Source: Chiloscyllium plagiosum (lineage: Eukaryota). Taken from it: a stretch of 25,561 nucleotides of DNA. The stretch is taken from NCBI RefSeq assembly GCF_004010195.1, contig NC_057755.1, positions 9,800,202 to 9,825,762 of the forward strand, in the 5' to 3' direction. Made by a program: the position numbers and the translations under genes. Positions 10,813 through 21,713 of the stretch are shown piece after piece (the first letter of the stretch is position 1; each line of letters starts with the position of its first letter). Under the pieces are notes generated by a model, which was not told where the DNA came from, made no database searches, and saw only the letters and a list, made by a program, of their open reading frames with translations.

Positions 10813-11619
10813 GATTGTGCTGAAGCTCCTCGGATGCTGCCTGAACTGCTGTGCTCTTCCAGCACCATTGATCCAGAATCTGGTTTCCAGCATCTGCAGT
10901 CATTGTTTTTAACTTATAGATAGGGACATGACCACTGTGCTTTCAGGAAATCTGTTTTACTTTCCTTTAACTTGAAGGTATTTAGTATCCTGTTAACTGA
11001 ATTAGATGCAACCAGAAGGGGAGCAGGTGTTGTTGGATAGCTCTTTCAAGAAGCTAGCACATGCCCAATGGACTGAGTGGTCCCTTTTGCAGTATGTTTC
11101 CAGGAAAGCTCCCAAACTAAGGAGCTGGGGCTGAACCACTGAAGAAGATGACTGTGTCTTTAAATGCAATAGTGAGCGGCAGGACTTGGAATAAACAATA
11201 GACAGTTTGTTAAAGGAAACCAAAAAACAGTGTCAGGAAGCAGCAATCTCCATCCAGTCGACTGACAATAGGAGCACTGTTCCTTTAAAGGAGAACCAAA
11301 GGTTCTGACTCCAGATAGTAATGGGATCTTGCATGGTATAACAAAAGTGCTAGTGTTCCTTAAATAACCATTGTACAAAGGAGGTCAAAGGGAGCACTTG
11401 TTTGTCTGGTCTGGGAGCTTAATATTTTGGCTGATGGAGAGAAAACGGATCGGTAAGTTTAGGGCTGTGTACTTGAGCTTGGCAAAATCCACTGCCTTTA
11501 TCCTACCTGGCAACACAACCCAGCCACCCTGTGGTCACTTAACTACATTGGTTCTGAGTCCAGCCGCACCTTTACTTTAAAAGTTCTTATCTTTGTTTTC
11601 AAATATGTCCCTGGATTCT

Positions 11620-12200
11620 TTTTAAATTGTTTTACGGAATGTGGGTGTCAATGTCTGGGCCAGCATTTATTGACCATCCCCAATTGCCCTTAAGGTGGTG
11701 GTGAGCTGCACTCTGACTAGTGCAGTCCACTTGCCTCTCACATGCTGAGCCCCATGGTTCTAACCTCATGTTTGTCCCTGATTTTGATAATCCATCATCC
11801 TTGATTGAACATTGAACTGCTCGGGTCCTAAACTCATGCGAATATATTCCGTAATAACCCACCCTCCTACAGGAACAGAAAATAGAAGCTGGAGTAGGCC
11901 ATTTGTCCCTTCAGACCTATTCTGCCATTCAATGCTGATCATTAATTCCATGCACCATTTCCGCTTTCTTCCCATAGCCTGAATCACTTTGGAGATATGT
12001 TTTAGCTGCTGCTCAAAAACATTTACTGTAGTGCTGATGTCAGGCTAACCAGTCTATAATTCCCTGTTTACTTTCTTCATAAATTGTGGGGCTGCATTCG
12101 AAACCCTCCAATCCTCAGGAACTGTATCAGTCTGTGCAATCTTGAAAGGTAATTATCATTGTATCCACTGTTTGTACGGCCACCTCCTTAAGTAGTTTTT
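11620..12200 (-). mobile_element. Cluster of old LINE relics (L2-like tail 11625-11710; CR1 3' end 11870-11990; CR1 ORF2 piece 12020-12200)
   Basis: Shared tail motif CCAGCATTTATTGACCATCCCCAATTGCCCT and CR1 3' UTR-like GGAGTAGGCCATT…CTGCCATTCAAT. Confidence 0.55.
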
Positions 12201-12589
12201 CTCCTCATCCTCAAACAGGCCAATCTTTAATTTTTGATAGTGAACATTCCTGTGATGTTGCAGTCGAATAAAGGTGATGTCTAAATGCAATTTGTGGTTG
12301 AATCCGGAGCCCGCCATTTGGCCAAGTTATGTTATTGTGATCCATGCACAAAACCAGGGATTGGTCCTGTTTGCAGAGCCAAATGTTGAGGACCCAGAGC
12401 ATGTGGTGAAGGGTCTCTTTGGACAGAGAAGCGCACTAAAATAAAGCGTTGATAAGGGTAGGGTGACTGAAGTGACGTCTGTGTCATTTAAAAAGTGCCA
12501 CTTCTCCAATTTGTTGGCAAATTATAAGCTCACATAATTCGAGGAGCTGGGAATCCATGGATTCAAATGGACAAAAAATGAATGGTTGA

Positions 12590-12720
12590 AACTAAAAAAC
12601 TGAAATTGTGTAGGAAACTCAGCAGATCTGGCAGCTCTGTGGTAAAGCAGAGTTACACATTTGGGTCCATCGACCGATCTGATGAAGTGCCCAACATCCA
12701 CAGTTCTTTGTTTTGTTTTA
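12590..12720. mobile_element. Old PLE-derived relic
   Basis: AAACTCAGCAGATCTGGCAGC…AGAGTTA resembles 14985-15035. Contains CTGATGAAG. Confidence 0.5.
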
Positions 12721-13109
12721 GTGGTGGCTGGTTGCTTTTCAGACGGAAGTGAAGTGGTATCTCCCAGCAGTTTCTCAGAGGTTTGGCAGACCTTTGGTTA
12801 ACCTGCACTTGAGGAACCATGCATGCTTGTTGATTAAATTCTCTGGATAATCAAGAGGTACGCATAACCGCAATAAACCTTCAAAATGCCAACATCCCTC
12901 AAAAAAAAATGTTGTGTGAAAACACCAACATAACACATAAAATACATGTAAAAACACACAGTAAGTTTTATAAATGTAATGCAGGGATACACACATCACT
13001 GTCGTAATTTACTTACAACACAAATACTTGGGCATCGTGGTAGATTGTGGTATTTGAGGTGTATAACTTTTGCCTGTTTATCAAGTTGGCAGTTTATCAA
13101 GAATGCTGG

Positions 13110-13577
13110 TTGTTAAGGTGCCAGTTAAAACAAAGTTTGCTGTACACCAACAACCTGGTTGTGGGTGTGCAAGACAGAATATGAGTTTGCAAATATCTTA
13201 AAGCTTCCGAATGCATCAAATGGGTGGGAGGGATGTCCAGGAGAGAGCAAAGATGGAGCAGTCTGATTAAATTTTAATTTTGAGAACCATGAAGTGATAC
13301 TCTGTGCCTGGCAAAATGGCAAGCAGCCATACAAGTTGAAAGATTTGTTAAGGTGCCAGTTAAAACAAAGTTTGCTGTACACCAACAACCTGGTTGTGGG
13401 TGTGCAAGACAGAATATGAGTTTGCAAATATCTTAAAGCTTCCGAATGCATCAAACGGGTGGGAGGGATGTCCAGGAGAGAGCAAAGATGGAGCAGTCTG
13501 ATGAAATTTTAATTTTGAGAACCATGAAGTGATACTCTGCCTGGCAAAATGGCAAGCAGCCATACAAGTTGAAAGAT
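13110..13577. repeat. Direct tandem duplication (235 + 233 bp)
   Basis: Units 13110-13344 and 13345-13577 differ by two substitutions and a 2-bp indel. Confidence 0.95.
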
Positions 13578-13917
13578 AGGACTCTAAGATGGCTCCGGGA
13601 GCAGTGATTTCTCTGCATGTGTATTGAAGGGCAGCAAGCCAAGTATGGTGGGGGGTCATCCAGTAGGATCGTCCATACCTCACAGCAAACCAAGGATGAC
13701 ACTAAACCCTTGCAAGTCATCGGTTCTGCCTCAAAGCGTGCAGAGGGCTTCACTTCAGTAGTGCGAGCGGTGAGATGTTGCAGCTCTGAGAGGTGACAAT
13801 GCACTGGTTGATCCCAGTGAAGCAGAGAGAGTTTTCACAACATAGATGCTGAGAGGCGTGTTCCTTGGGCTGCAGTGAGAAATATGGGAAACAGGATGTG
13901 CCTGATAGGGCAAAGAT

Positions 13918-14088
13918 GAGTCGAGTGGAGCTGGGAAAAGCACAGCAAGTGAAGCAGCATTAGAGGAGAAGGTTCTGACCTGAAACATCAATTCGCCTTC
14001 TCCTCTGATGCTGCTTGACCTGTTGTGCTTTTTCCAGCTCCACTGTTAATCCGCTCTGACTCTCCAGCATCTGCAGTTCTCATTGTCT
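13918..14088. mobile_element. Older PLE fold-back element
   Basis: Imperfect palindrome (GTGGAGCTGGGAAAAGCACAGCA… / …TGTTGTGCTTTTTCCAGCTCCAC) plus a CCAGCATCTGCAGT extension like 10888-10900. CAAAGAT on both flanks. Confidence 0.7.
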
Positions 14089-14971
14089 CAAAGATTAATA
14101 GGAACTGCATCACTTAAAAGTTGGTGAATCATTGGAATTCTTCACCACAGAAAACTTTTAGTGCTCACTTCTCTGGCATTTATCGAGGTTTTTAAACATA
14201 TATTTCCCATCAGCTTCTTGAGAGATGTTATAAAACACCTCTGGAGCAGGAGGGACTTGAGCATTAGTCTCCTGATGCAGAGGTGGTGGAAAGAGCTTCC
14301 CAGTTTATAGATTTTTAAACTTAAGATGGTAAAGGGATGAGGTGGATCCAAATTTGCAGTCCAGTGGTAATCTTATTAGAAGGCAGCATTTTTTTTAGGA
14401 CTTGTAGAGTTAGTTTCTACTACTGCCACTTGTGCTCCCAACTTTTAAAATTCCCTGAGAGAATACAGAAATTTGTGAAATCTCTTCAACGTGCTCAAAA
14501 TGATGGAGCATGTATTTTGAAAAAAAGCAGATAGAAAGTGACTTGTTCCATCAGTGATTGAAGCTCAGTAACAGAATTATAGGAGGAGAGTTGTCTTTGT
14601 CACTTAAGTTGTTGTGATTTGAAATGGGCTTTGTGGATAAACAGTGGCAGTAAATTCAATATCAAGTCTCAAGTGCAGTTAGATATATCCAAGAGAGAAT
14701 AAATGCAGAGCTGTGGGATGGAAAAAGCAAGACAGACAGATTGTGGAGGTGTCGAATGATGACGGGTGGTAAAACAATAAACAGAATCCCTTTATCTTCT
14801 CGTTGTGTGTCTTAACACTTATTGCTTTGAAGCTTTTCTTTTGTCTGAATTCATTTTTGCTGCTATGGCTCAATATCGAAATGTTTTTAGCAAAACTTTG
14901 CGTTGTTAAGCGCCTTGAGGCGTTTTTTAAAAAATGTCAAAGGGCGCTATGTAAATGTAAGTTATTTATTG

Positions 14972-15270
14972 TCACAGAAAATGCTGGAAATAGTCAGCAG
15001 GTCTGGCAGCTTCAATGGAGAGAGAAACCAAGTTAACGTTTCAGGTTAGTAACCTTTCATCAGAACTTGTTAGGCTATTGACTGGAAACGTGAACTCTGT
15101 TTCTCTTTCTTTCTCCCTTTGTCTCTTTGTCCATCTCTCTATCTCTTTTGTCCATCTCTCTATCTTCTCCTCTGTAATCCTGCCACAGATGCCCTGCCTG
15201 ATCTGATTATTTCCAGCATTTTGTTGTTGTTCATTTCGGGTTTCCAACATCCTGCCATGTTTCTTTTTCT
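14972..15270. mobile_element. Old PLE fold-back element
   Basis: AAAATGCTGGAAATA…TATTTCCAGCATTTT inverted arms, a TTTCCAACATC extension and an internal hammerhead motif. Confidence 0.7.
15029..15069 (-). ncRNA. Minimal hammerhead ribozyme motif with complete stem I
   Basis: Minus strand CAAGUU-CUGAUGA-A-AGGUU-ACU-AACCU-GAAAC-GUU-AACUUG: 6-bp stem I and 5-bp stem II. Confidence 0.65.
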
Positions 15271-15342
15271 CCTTTTGTTGTGAATGATGCCCGATGGTTG
15301 CCCCACCAGCTGTCACTCCTTTGTTCTTTGTTCTTGTTACAG

Positions 15343-15374
15343 AGATCTGCAGCGATTTGGTACTGCTCACAGAG
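15343..15374 (+). CDS. ZFP91: ZFP91-like micro-exon (32 nt)
   Basis: Strong acceptor TTTGTTCTTTGTTCTTGTTACAG| and donor AG|GTAAGC. Phase 2 to 1 exactly bridges the exon ending at 1353 and the exon starting at 19198, reading (R)DLQRFGTAHR(E) with no stop. Confidence 0.75.
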
Positions 15375-15854
15375 GTAAGCGGATTTCATGTTCCATTCAT
15401 TACCCCTTACCCGCCAGCTCCTGCAATCACGGGATGTTGGTGTCAGTTTATACATTGTTTGCAGAGCTCCCAGGCTGCAACCCCTTGTCATCTTAATGTC
15501 GTGTTAGAGGAGCAGGTCCAATTGGGCATTTAATTTGGCTTGTCGTGCTGAACCTGGCAGAGCTACATAAAGCCCCCAAACTGCTGTAGAGAGAGGGATG
15601 TGTTGGAAGGTGCTCCAGTAAGTTGCACCGATCTGTAAGATTTGTGTGGAATTGTTCCATCATTTGAGCTCCGAGACCGCGTCGGCCAGCACTGCCAGTG
15701 TGAGTGCGCGCAATGTGATTTGGAATGTGCAAGAAGATAAGGCAACTTAACCTAAACAGTAAAAAGTAAAAGACAGTGGTGGGGGAGAGAGGGACAGAGA
15801 ACTCCGAGGGCTCTCATATACTAATCATTAAAGGTAAAAGGCAGGCTGAGCAGA

Positions 15855-16720
15855 GACATGGTAGTGCCATGGCAAAGCTGCTGAATTGGACAGTCCACAG
15901 GCCCCAGGGTCACCGCTGTGGCAGCTCGTGGTAAGAAAGCCCTTATCATTTAAAAAAAAAATTTTGGGTAGCTAACGCTGAGACATCTTTCCTTCCCTGA
16001 TCTTGCCTGCATGAGACTCCAGACCCATGGTTGACTGTTGCCTGGCCTCTGAAATGACCTGGCGGGTCATTGCGTTCCCGATGGTGGCTCGCCTTCGTCT
16101 TCTCGAGCATTTAAGAACTAGCAGCGTCGCCAATTGGAACCCAATTCCCATCAAAGGACGTAGAGTTGAAGAAGCTGTGCGGGTAAGATGAGCAGAGTCT
16201 TGGACGTGGAGCGCAAGGAGAAGGAAGCTGCCCTAAGCCAATATAAGTCATTGGATAGCTCTCACATCATCCTTCTTGACCTGGGACTTGAGAGACGCAA
16301 CATCAAAACCCTGGCAAAAGAATTCGAAGAACGGAACCAGAATTGGGGTGAAGGGGTGTGTTTCAATTATTGGGAGAGACTGGAGAAGCTGAGTTCTTCG
16401 CCTTGGATTCTGGACATTGTCAATGTTGGGGGGCTCTCAATGAGTCAATAGGGAGAAGCTATTTCCACCATCAGGAGAGGGGATGCAGATGGAAGGCCAT
16501 TGACGAGAATAATAAGTGACAGGGAGATGGCTATTTAAGTTAACAATCCAACTAGTGAGTTGAATTGCGCACTTTAAAGGCTACATGAAGCAGACTGGAG
16601 TCCCTTTTCTAGAGGGACTTGGATGAATATTCAAGAGAAAAATACACGGCCAGAATAGAGGGGCAGCATTCGGGGCTTAATTGATATGTCTTTCGTGGCA
16701 TCAGCCCAAGCACTGAGCAG
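15855..16720 (+). mobile_element. SINE relic (~15855-16150) followed by a decayed CR1 3' part (~16160-16720)
   Basis: GACTCCAGACCC…TGGTTGACT core as at 7515-7545. CR1-like …ERLEKL… and GGGAGAAGCTATTTCCA remnants. Confidence 0.5.
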
Positions 16721-18478
16721 CCGATACACCTGAAAGCCAGTGCTGCTCTTAAACCATTTTCACCTCTCAGCTCTCAATTTCTTCTGCATGTTCAACTCCA
16801 ATTCCTTAGGGCCTAAATGCAGTTGACCTTTGGGAACATAGTGATGGGTTGATGAGATTTGCAGATGTGGAGGTGACTGACAGGCATAGTGGAGAGTGAG
16901 TTTCTGCGGGGAGGGTAGTGTCAGGCAATTTCCATAAGACCTGTGTGGCCCAGCCTCTTGCTGCCAGTGTTTTTGGTTGGGAGTGGGGGGGGGGGGGTTG
17001 TGGTGGAGGATGTCAGTGGTGGGGAATATTTTGTCCTTTATGGCTGCTATCAGTTGGCTCTGGTGTTGAGGCCCTGAGAGCTCGTCTTCCAACCCCCATC
17101 CATCGCTCGTTCACCTCATCCTGCTGTTGACATTGTCACCGCCGGCTGGCACACCCACTCTGCTAGAGAGTGCCATCCTGCGGGCACTGGTTGGTGTTGT
17201 GTTCAGTCTTGTGTTTTGCAGTCGTTGGTCATTGTGCTCGTTCAAGGACAGCTTGAATCTGGCTCAAGTGTGCGTGGGCTCTCGAGCTCAGGATGTTGGT
17301 TGGGTGGGGGTGCGGGGTGGGGACGGGAGGCTCAGGGCTCCTCACCGTGGACCCAGATCAGGAATCTGGTGTCTGCACCCGACCTGCGCACACTTCAATA
17401 CAGCTTCAGTTGTCCTTTAGAGGTGATGGATGGTAGTGCTGGAGAATGGAACCCGGTTCAGTCTCAATTTTGCTTTGTATAAATACCTGAGCATTTTATT
17501 CACCTTGCTTTATTTAAAGTTTCGCTGGGACGTTTGGAAATGGGAGGGTGATTCTTTGTGCCCAGCCCTTTTTTTTTGTTTAAATTGGTGCTTGGTATTT
17601 TGTAACACAGCACTGCCCCCCCATTCTCTATCATGTGTCGTAATTCCTTTTACCAGCCTTCTGCTAGTTCCCCACGTCTTCCATCTCTGTCCCCACACAG
17701 GAAACATAAGCAATATTGCTTCTGTGTCCATTCTCTGCACTCTCAAGCCTGAGCCAGGTTCCAGAATCAAGGAGCGTGGCAGTTCTGTGACATGAGTCTG
17801 GCAGAGCTCCCCGATTCACTTTCGTTCCTCGGGAGGGACAGAGGGAGTGGGTCTCTGGGTATCTGCTCGCTACCAACGCGAGATGCCATGTGTGACTTGG
17901 TGCAATACCATCAATCCTGGAGCTTGAGGGCAATCCCGGAGTCTTCCCACCACTGGAAAGGGTCAGTGGGCTGAATACTGGACTCGTGTGCCCTGGGTCA
18001 GCCTGGCGTTCCTTCTACCCTTAATTGTAGTCCATAGCTGGGCAGAGCTGGGAAAATTGAGTAACCAACTTGAAGCAAGTTTCCCAGAGCTGGGAAAATC
18101 TGCTCATCACTGCCAGGTGAATCAGTTCGGGCGCTGGAGCTCTCATGGTAAAGCATTGTTTCCAGGAACTGAAGTGTGTGTAGCTGGAGCAACAGTCACA
18201 GGGGAAGAGTCCTGGGTCAGGAAACCCACCTGACGTGGGGTACACAGCAGAATAGCGTGGAAACAAAGTGGGGCAGGAGGGAGAATGTGTGGAGTATTCG
18301 GGGTGGGATAGCAACAACAGGGGCCCACAGCGAGTGTGGGTATAATGTGCACAGCAGGAGCCCTTGGGTCAGGTCAGTTTTCCGGGTGGTGAACGGGTGC
18401 TTGGCTGCCAAAGGATCCAGCCATTGGGTAGGGAAGGTGTGTGTGTGTGTGTTGCTGGAGCGGCAATTGCTGCAGGAC

Positions 18479-18680
18479 CACTGAGAGGTCCCGTAATGTC
18501 GAAAGCACCTCATTTCCAGTCTTGTCATAAATCCCCACTGAGAGCTCCGGGAATGTCGTGAAGCCCCACTAAGGGCTCCCGCCATGTCGTAAAGGGCAAC
18601 TCAGAGCTGCCGTAATGTCTGGGGCTCCTGTTCTGTCGTGAGGCCCCACCCCAGGGGGCTCCGGTCCTGTTGTTAGGCCT
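18479..18680. repeat. Degenerate ~31-bp minisatellite
   Basis: About 6-7 units of consensus ~CACTGAGAGCTCCCGTAATGTCGTGAAGCCC. Confidence 0.7.
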
Positions 18681-19197
18681 GACAGGAGCGTTATAATCAG
18701 GCAAAATGAAAACTGACAGACCCACCCAGATCGGGGCCCAAGCAGTAAGTCCAGTTAAAGCATGTGGTCTTAAGATGTGTCCCAAATAAAGTTAGTGAGA
18801 TTTGCTGAGAGAATCCCTGAGATTTGCGTATGAACAGAAAGAGCACGTCAAATGGTTTGAGGACTGGGTGTATTCTTTACACGGCAGGACGGGGGAGGGA
18901 GGGACGTTGGTAGGTCCCTTTGTTGGGTTTTGCCTGGGTTCTCGTGGAGCCCGTTGGTCGAGGCTCTGGACGTTGAGTTTCATCTGTGACCGGAGAGAGC
19001 AGCCTTACCAGGATTGATGGTGTAATGCAGGATGCTGCCCACTTCAGGAAGCAGGCATTGCCTGGTGGTGGTGGTGTGGTTGGGAGGGAGGGGGTAGAGA
19101 GAGAGGGACGGTATGTGTGGGGTTGTGCTCTGCCCCCACCACCCCACCCTCCAAGAGTGCCGGCACGGTGACCTCGAGTTCTTGTTCTCCTCCGCAG

Positions 19198-19752
19198 AAA
19201 ACGGCGAGGGCCCCGCGTGCCGGCTGGACCTGCATACCTGTGGCGAGGCCCTGGGGGAGCTGGTGGGCTGGGCGCACAGCCACTGCCGGGGCTGTCCCCA
19301 CCCACCCGGCCTGAGGTACCTGCCGGCCGGCGGCACCACCCCTGCCGTGGCCGTCTGGGCCTGCCAGGCTGGCCATACCTACCGCTGGCGAGCGGCGGGA
19401 CACCACTTGAGAAGGAGAGGGCAGCAACGACGGCACCGGCGGCGAAACGCCGAGGCTGGAGGATCCCCCACGTTGGCCGCGACCACCACCACACCCGATA
19501 ACCAGGAGGAGGAGGAGGGAGGCAGTGGGCCAAACCCGGAACTGGAGTCAGCGCATGGCTCGGACTCTGAGGAGGCAGGAGGAGAGAGCAGCGAGGGCCA
19601 CCCGTCCCACTCCGTCGCCTCCCTGCGGATTGTGGAGTGCGAGCTGGAGGAGCAGGGGCCGGGCGGCAGGGGAGCCCGGCCTGGCTGGAAGGTGATCCCG
19701 TGTAAGGACGAGTGCTCGGACGAAGAGCTGCCCGATGATGGACTTGATCCAA
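19198..19752 (+). CDS. ZFP91: ZFP91-like exon (555 nt) with a ZNF276/653/692-type His/Cys module and an acidic region
   Basis: Acceptor TTCTTGTTCTCCTCCGCAG| and donor AA|GTATGT, phase 1-1, CpG-rich. Encodes ACRLDLHTCGEALGELVGWAHSHCRGCPHPPGLR…AVWACQAGHTYRW…EEEEGG…KVIPCKDECSDEELPDDGLDP. Confidence 0.85.
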
Positions 19753-20409
19753 GTATGTTTCCCGCTCAGTTGTCCCCATCGCCATCACTCCCGCCTCCCC
19801 CCATCCCAAACCCACTGACCCCAGCGCAGACCGAATCACAATTTATTCGAGAGTTTGGAATCCCTTTCCCACCACCGCCTTGCTTTTTTTTTTCAAACGG
19901 CTGGTACTCTGGCCCTGTTTAGCTCCCGTTTTAGTTCTTTTGAGGAGTCCAGTTTTAAAATTGTCAACAACAAAGCTTTTGTCTTACACAAGATCAAAGG
20001 TTAGTTTACTGCATAGCTACCGAATGCAGTTGCTAAGGGAAAAGTGATAATTTATTAACTCAAAGTACACTTACCAAGCCTCAGAGTAAGTACAGATCAG
20101 AGCTACATTTAAAGACAGACGTTCGATCTGTTATGGTTGCGGGCCTGACTTACTTGAAGATTTCTCCCGCCAGAGAGACGATTTTTTAAAATTTCAAGCT
20201 GCAATGGCTTTTGCAATGCAATGATTTGAGGTTTCTCCCACATCTGGTCTGAGCAGGACAGGTTCTGGGAAGGGGGTCCCTGTATTTTGCTTTTACAGCA
20301 CTGCAGGGTTGTTCTCCATGAAGCCTGGTTCAGCACAACAATCCATAATCAGTTTGCTTCACCCTGGAAAATGGCCCCTTTACCTGCCTTCTGTCAGTTA
20401 GCCAGAATT

Positions 20410-20503
20410 TCTGAATAGTGATCACTGGACCCGAAAAGTTAACTCTGCTTTCCCTCCACAGATGCTTCCAGATCTGCTGAGTTTTTCCAACTGTTTTTGT
20501 TTT
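20410..20503 (+). mobile_element. Old PLE pseudo-LTR relic
   Basis: GACCCGAAAAGTTAACTCTG…CCACAGATGC…GATCTGCTGAGTTTTTCCA resembles the right arm of the 14972 element. The ribozyme core is decayed. Confidence 0.55.
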
Positions 20504-20859
20504 GGGTGTCCTTACAGCCTGCCTTCCTCCTCTTCAGAAACTTTGAGTTGTCTCATTTCCATGTCCAATAATTAATTAAATTTTAACTATTTTTCTTTGT
20601 GAATGATGCTGAGGGGGACACATTACTCGGGCAGCTATTTTGGCTGTTGTGAATGAGCAAGATTAGTCACATGAATTTTGGGAATCTCCTAATACGATGT
20701 TAATTCAGTTTCAAAGTCGGGTTCGCCACCTCCTTTAAATAAAATACATAGCAGAATTGTTCAGTCCTGATAACCTTACCTATTGAATGTTAGTGAGCAG
20801 TGATAGTCATCGAACTCTCACACTTTCACCACTCCCAGTAAAAGGAATAAGGCAAGAAA

Positions 20860-21560
20860 GTGGAGTTTGAGGATTGTCACGTCAGCCATGATCTCACTGA
20901 ATGGCAGAGCAGACTCAATGGGCTGAATGGTCTACTTCTGGTCTAAATTTGGAAGGATGGAGATAGCTTGATTGCATAAGAAGAAAAACGGCAGCTTAAA
21001 TTCAATACATGGAATTGCAAAGCCATTCATTTTGCAAGAAACAAGATGCAATATAAAGGTTCTAATGGGGGATGCAGCTTATATATGCATAAACCGTTGA
21101 AAGTGTTCTGACAATTGCTACTGACTGCAGTCCAAAAGCAAGGAATTTATGCTCAACTGATATAAAACAACAGTTTCATTTTGTTTGCAGTACTGCATCC
21201 AGTTCTTGGCTGGGCTTTAGGGAGGGTGCCGAAGGGATTCACAAGAACTATTTCAGACGTGAAGAACTTCAGTCACACATATTGATTGGAGGAGTTAGGA
21301 CTGTTCTTCTTCAAGAATAAATAGTTAAGAGGTTTGACAGAGGCCTTCGAAATCATTAGTGGTCTGGACAGAGTAGAAAGGGAGAAACTATTCCAGTTAG
21401 TAGAAGAATGGAAGATCAGGGGGCACTGACTTTATGGTCATTGGCAAATGATGCCGTGGACGTGTGCAAACTTTGTCATGCAGCAAATGGTTTTGAACCT
21501 GTTAGGGATGAGTTGAATTGAGGAATTCAGAAGGAATTGGATTTACTCTCGAAAGGAGGA
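20860..21560 (+). mobile_element. Old CR1 relics (3' UTR, then ORF2 C-terminal part)
   Basis: CAGCCATGATCTCACTGAATGGC…GGGCTGAATGG 3' UTR, then decayed …YCIQF…LGLFF… remnants. Confidence 0.6.
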
Positions 21561-21713
21561 AGCTGGGTAAATGGTGCTTGTTCAGTTGCCCCCCCAGAGA
21601 TCCCCTGAAGTAGCTATTTGGTCTCCTGTGCTGTACAGGACATCAGTTAGGCCACTTGGAGTACTGTGTACACTTCTGGTCTCCCTCTTATCGGAAGGAT
21701 GTTGTGAAACTTG

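Larger units (their letters stand above)
10178..10915. mobile_element. Young PLE insertion with inverted pseudo-LTR arms
   Basis: 133-bp inverted arms (10178-10310, 10744-10876) differing at 1 nt. 39-nt extension 10877-10915. Perfect 14-bp TSD ATAGATAGGGACAT (10164-10177, 10916-10929). A hammerhead motif lies in each arm. Confidence 0.88.

Noticed and set aside
10178..10876. 133-bp inverted repeats as DNA-transposon TIRs
   Set aside because: The TSD lies outside an asymmetric 39-nt tail and the arms contain hammerhead motifs, which fits PLE pseudo-LTRs better.
10307..10903. ORFs spanning the N run
   Set aside because: Artefacts of the assembly gap.
13810..13845. SEAERVF peptide resembling the hAT dimerisation motif
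   Set aside because: Too short, followed by a stop, and no other transposase motifs recognised.
18479..18680. CRISPR-like array
   Set aside because: Vertebrate context. Units are contiguous and degenerate with no unique spacers.
18877..19839. 320-aa minus-strand ORF and other overlapping ORFs
   Set aside because: Pro/Arg/Gly-rich antisense shadow of a GC-rich exon. The + frame has the family motif and splice sites.
19113..19922. 269-aa ORF as a single-exon gene
   Set aside because: A strong acceptor at 19197 and donor at 19753 delimit the real exon. The flanking codons are intronic read-through.
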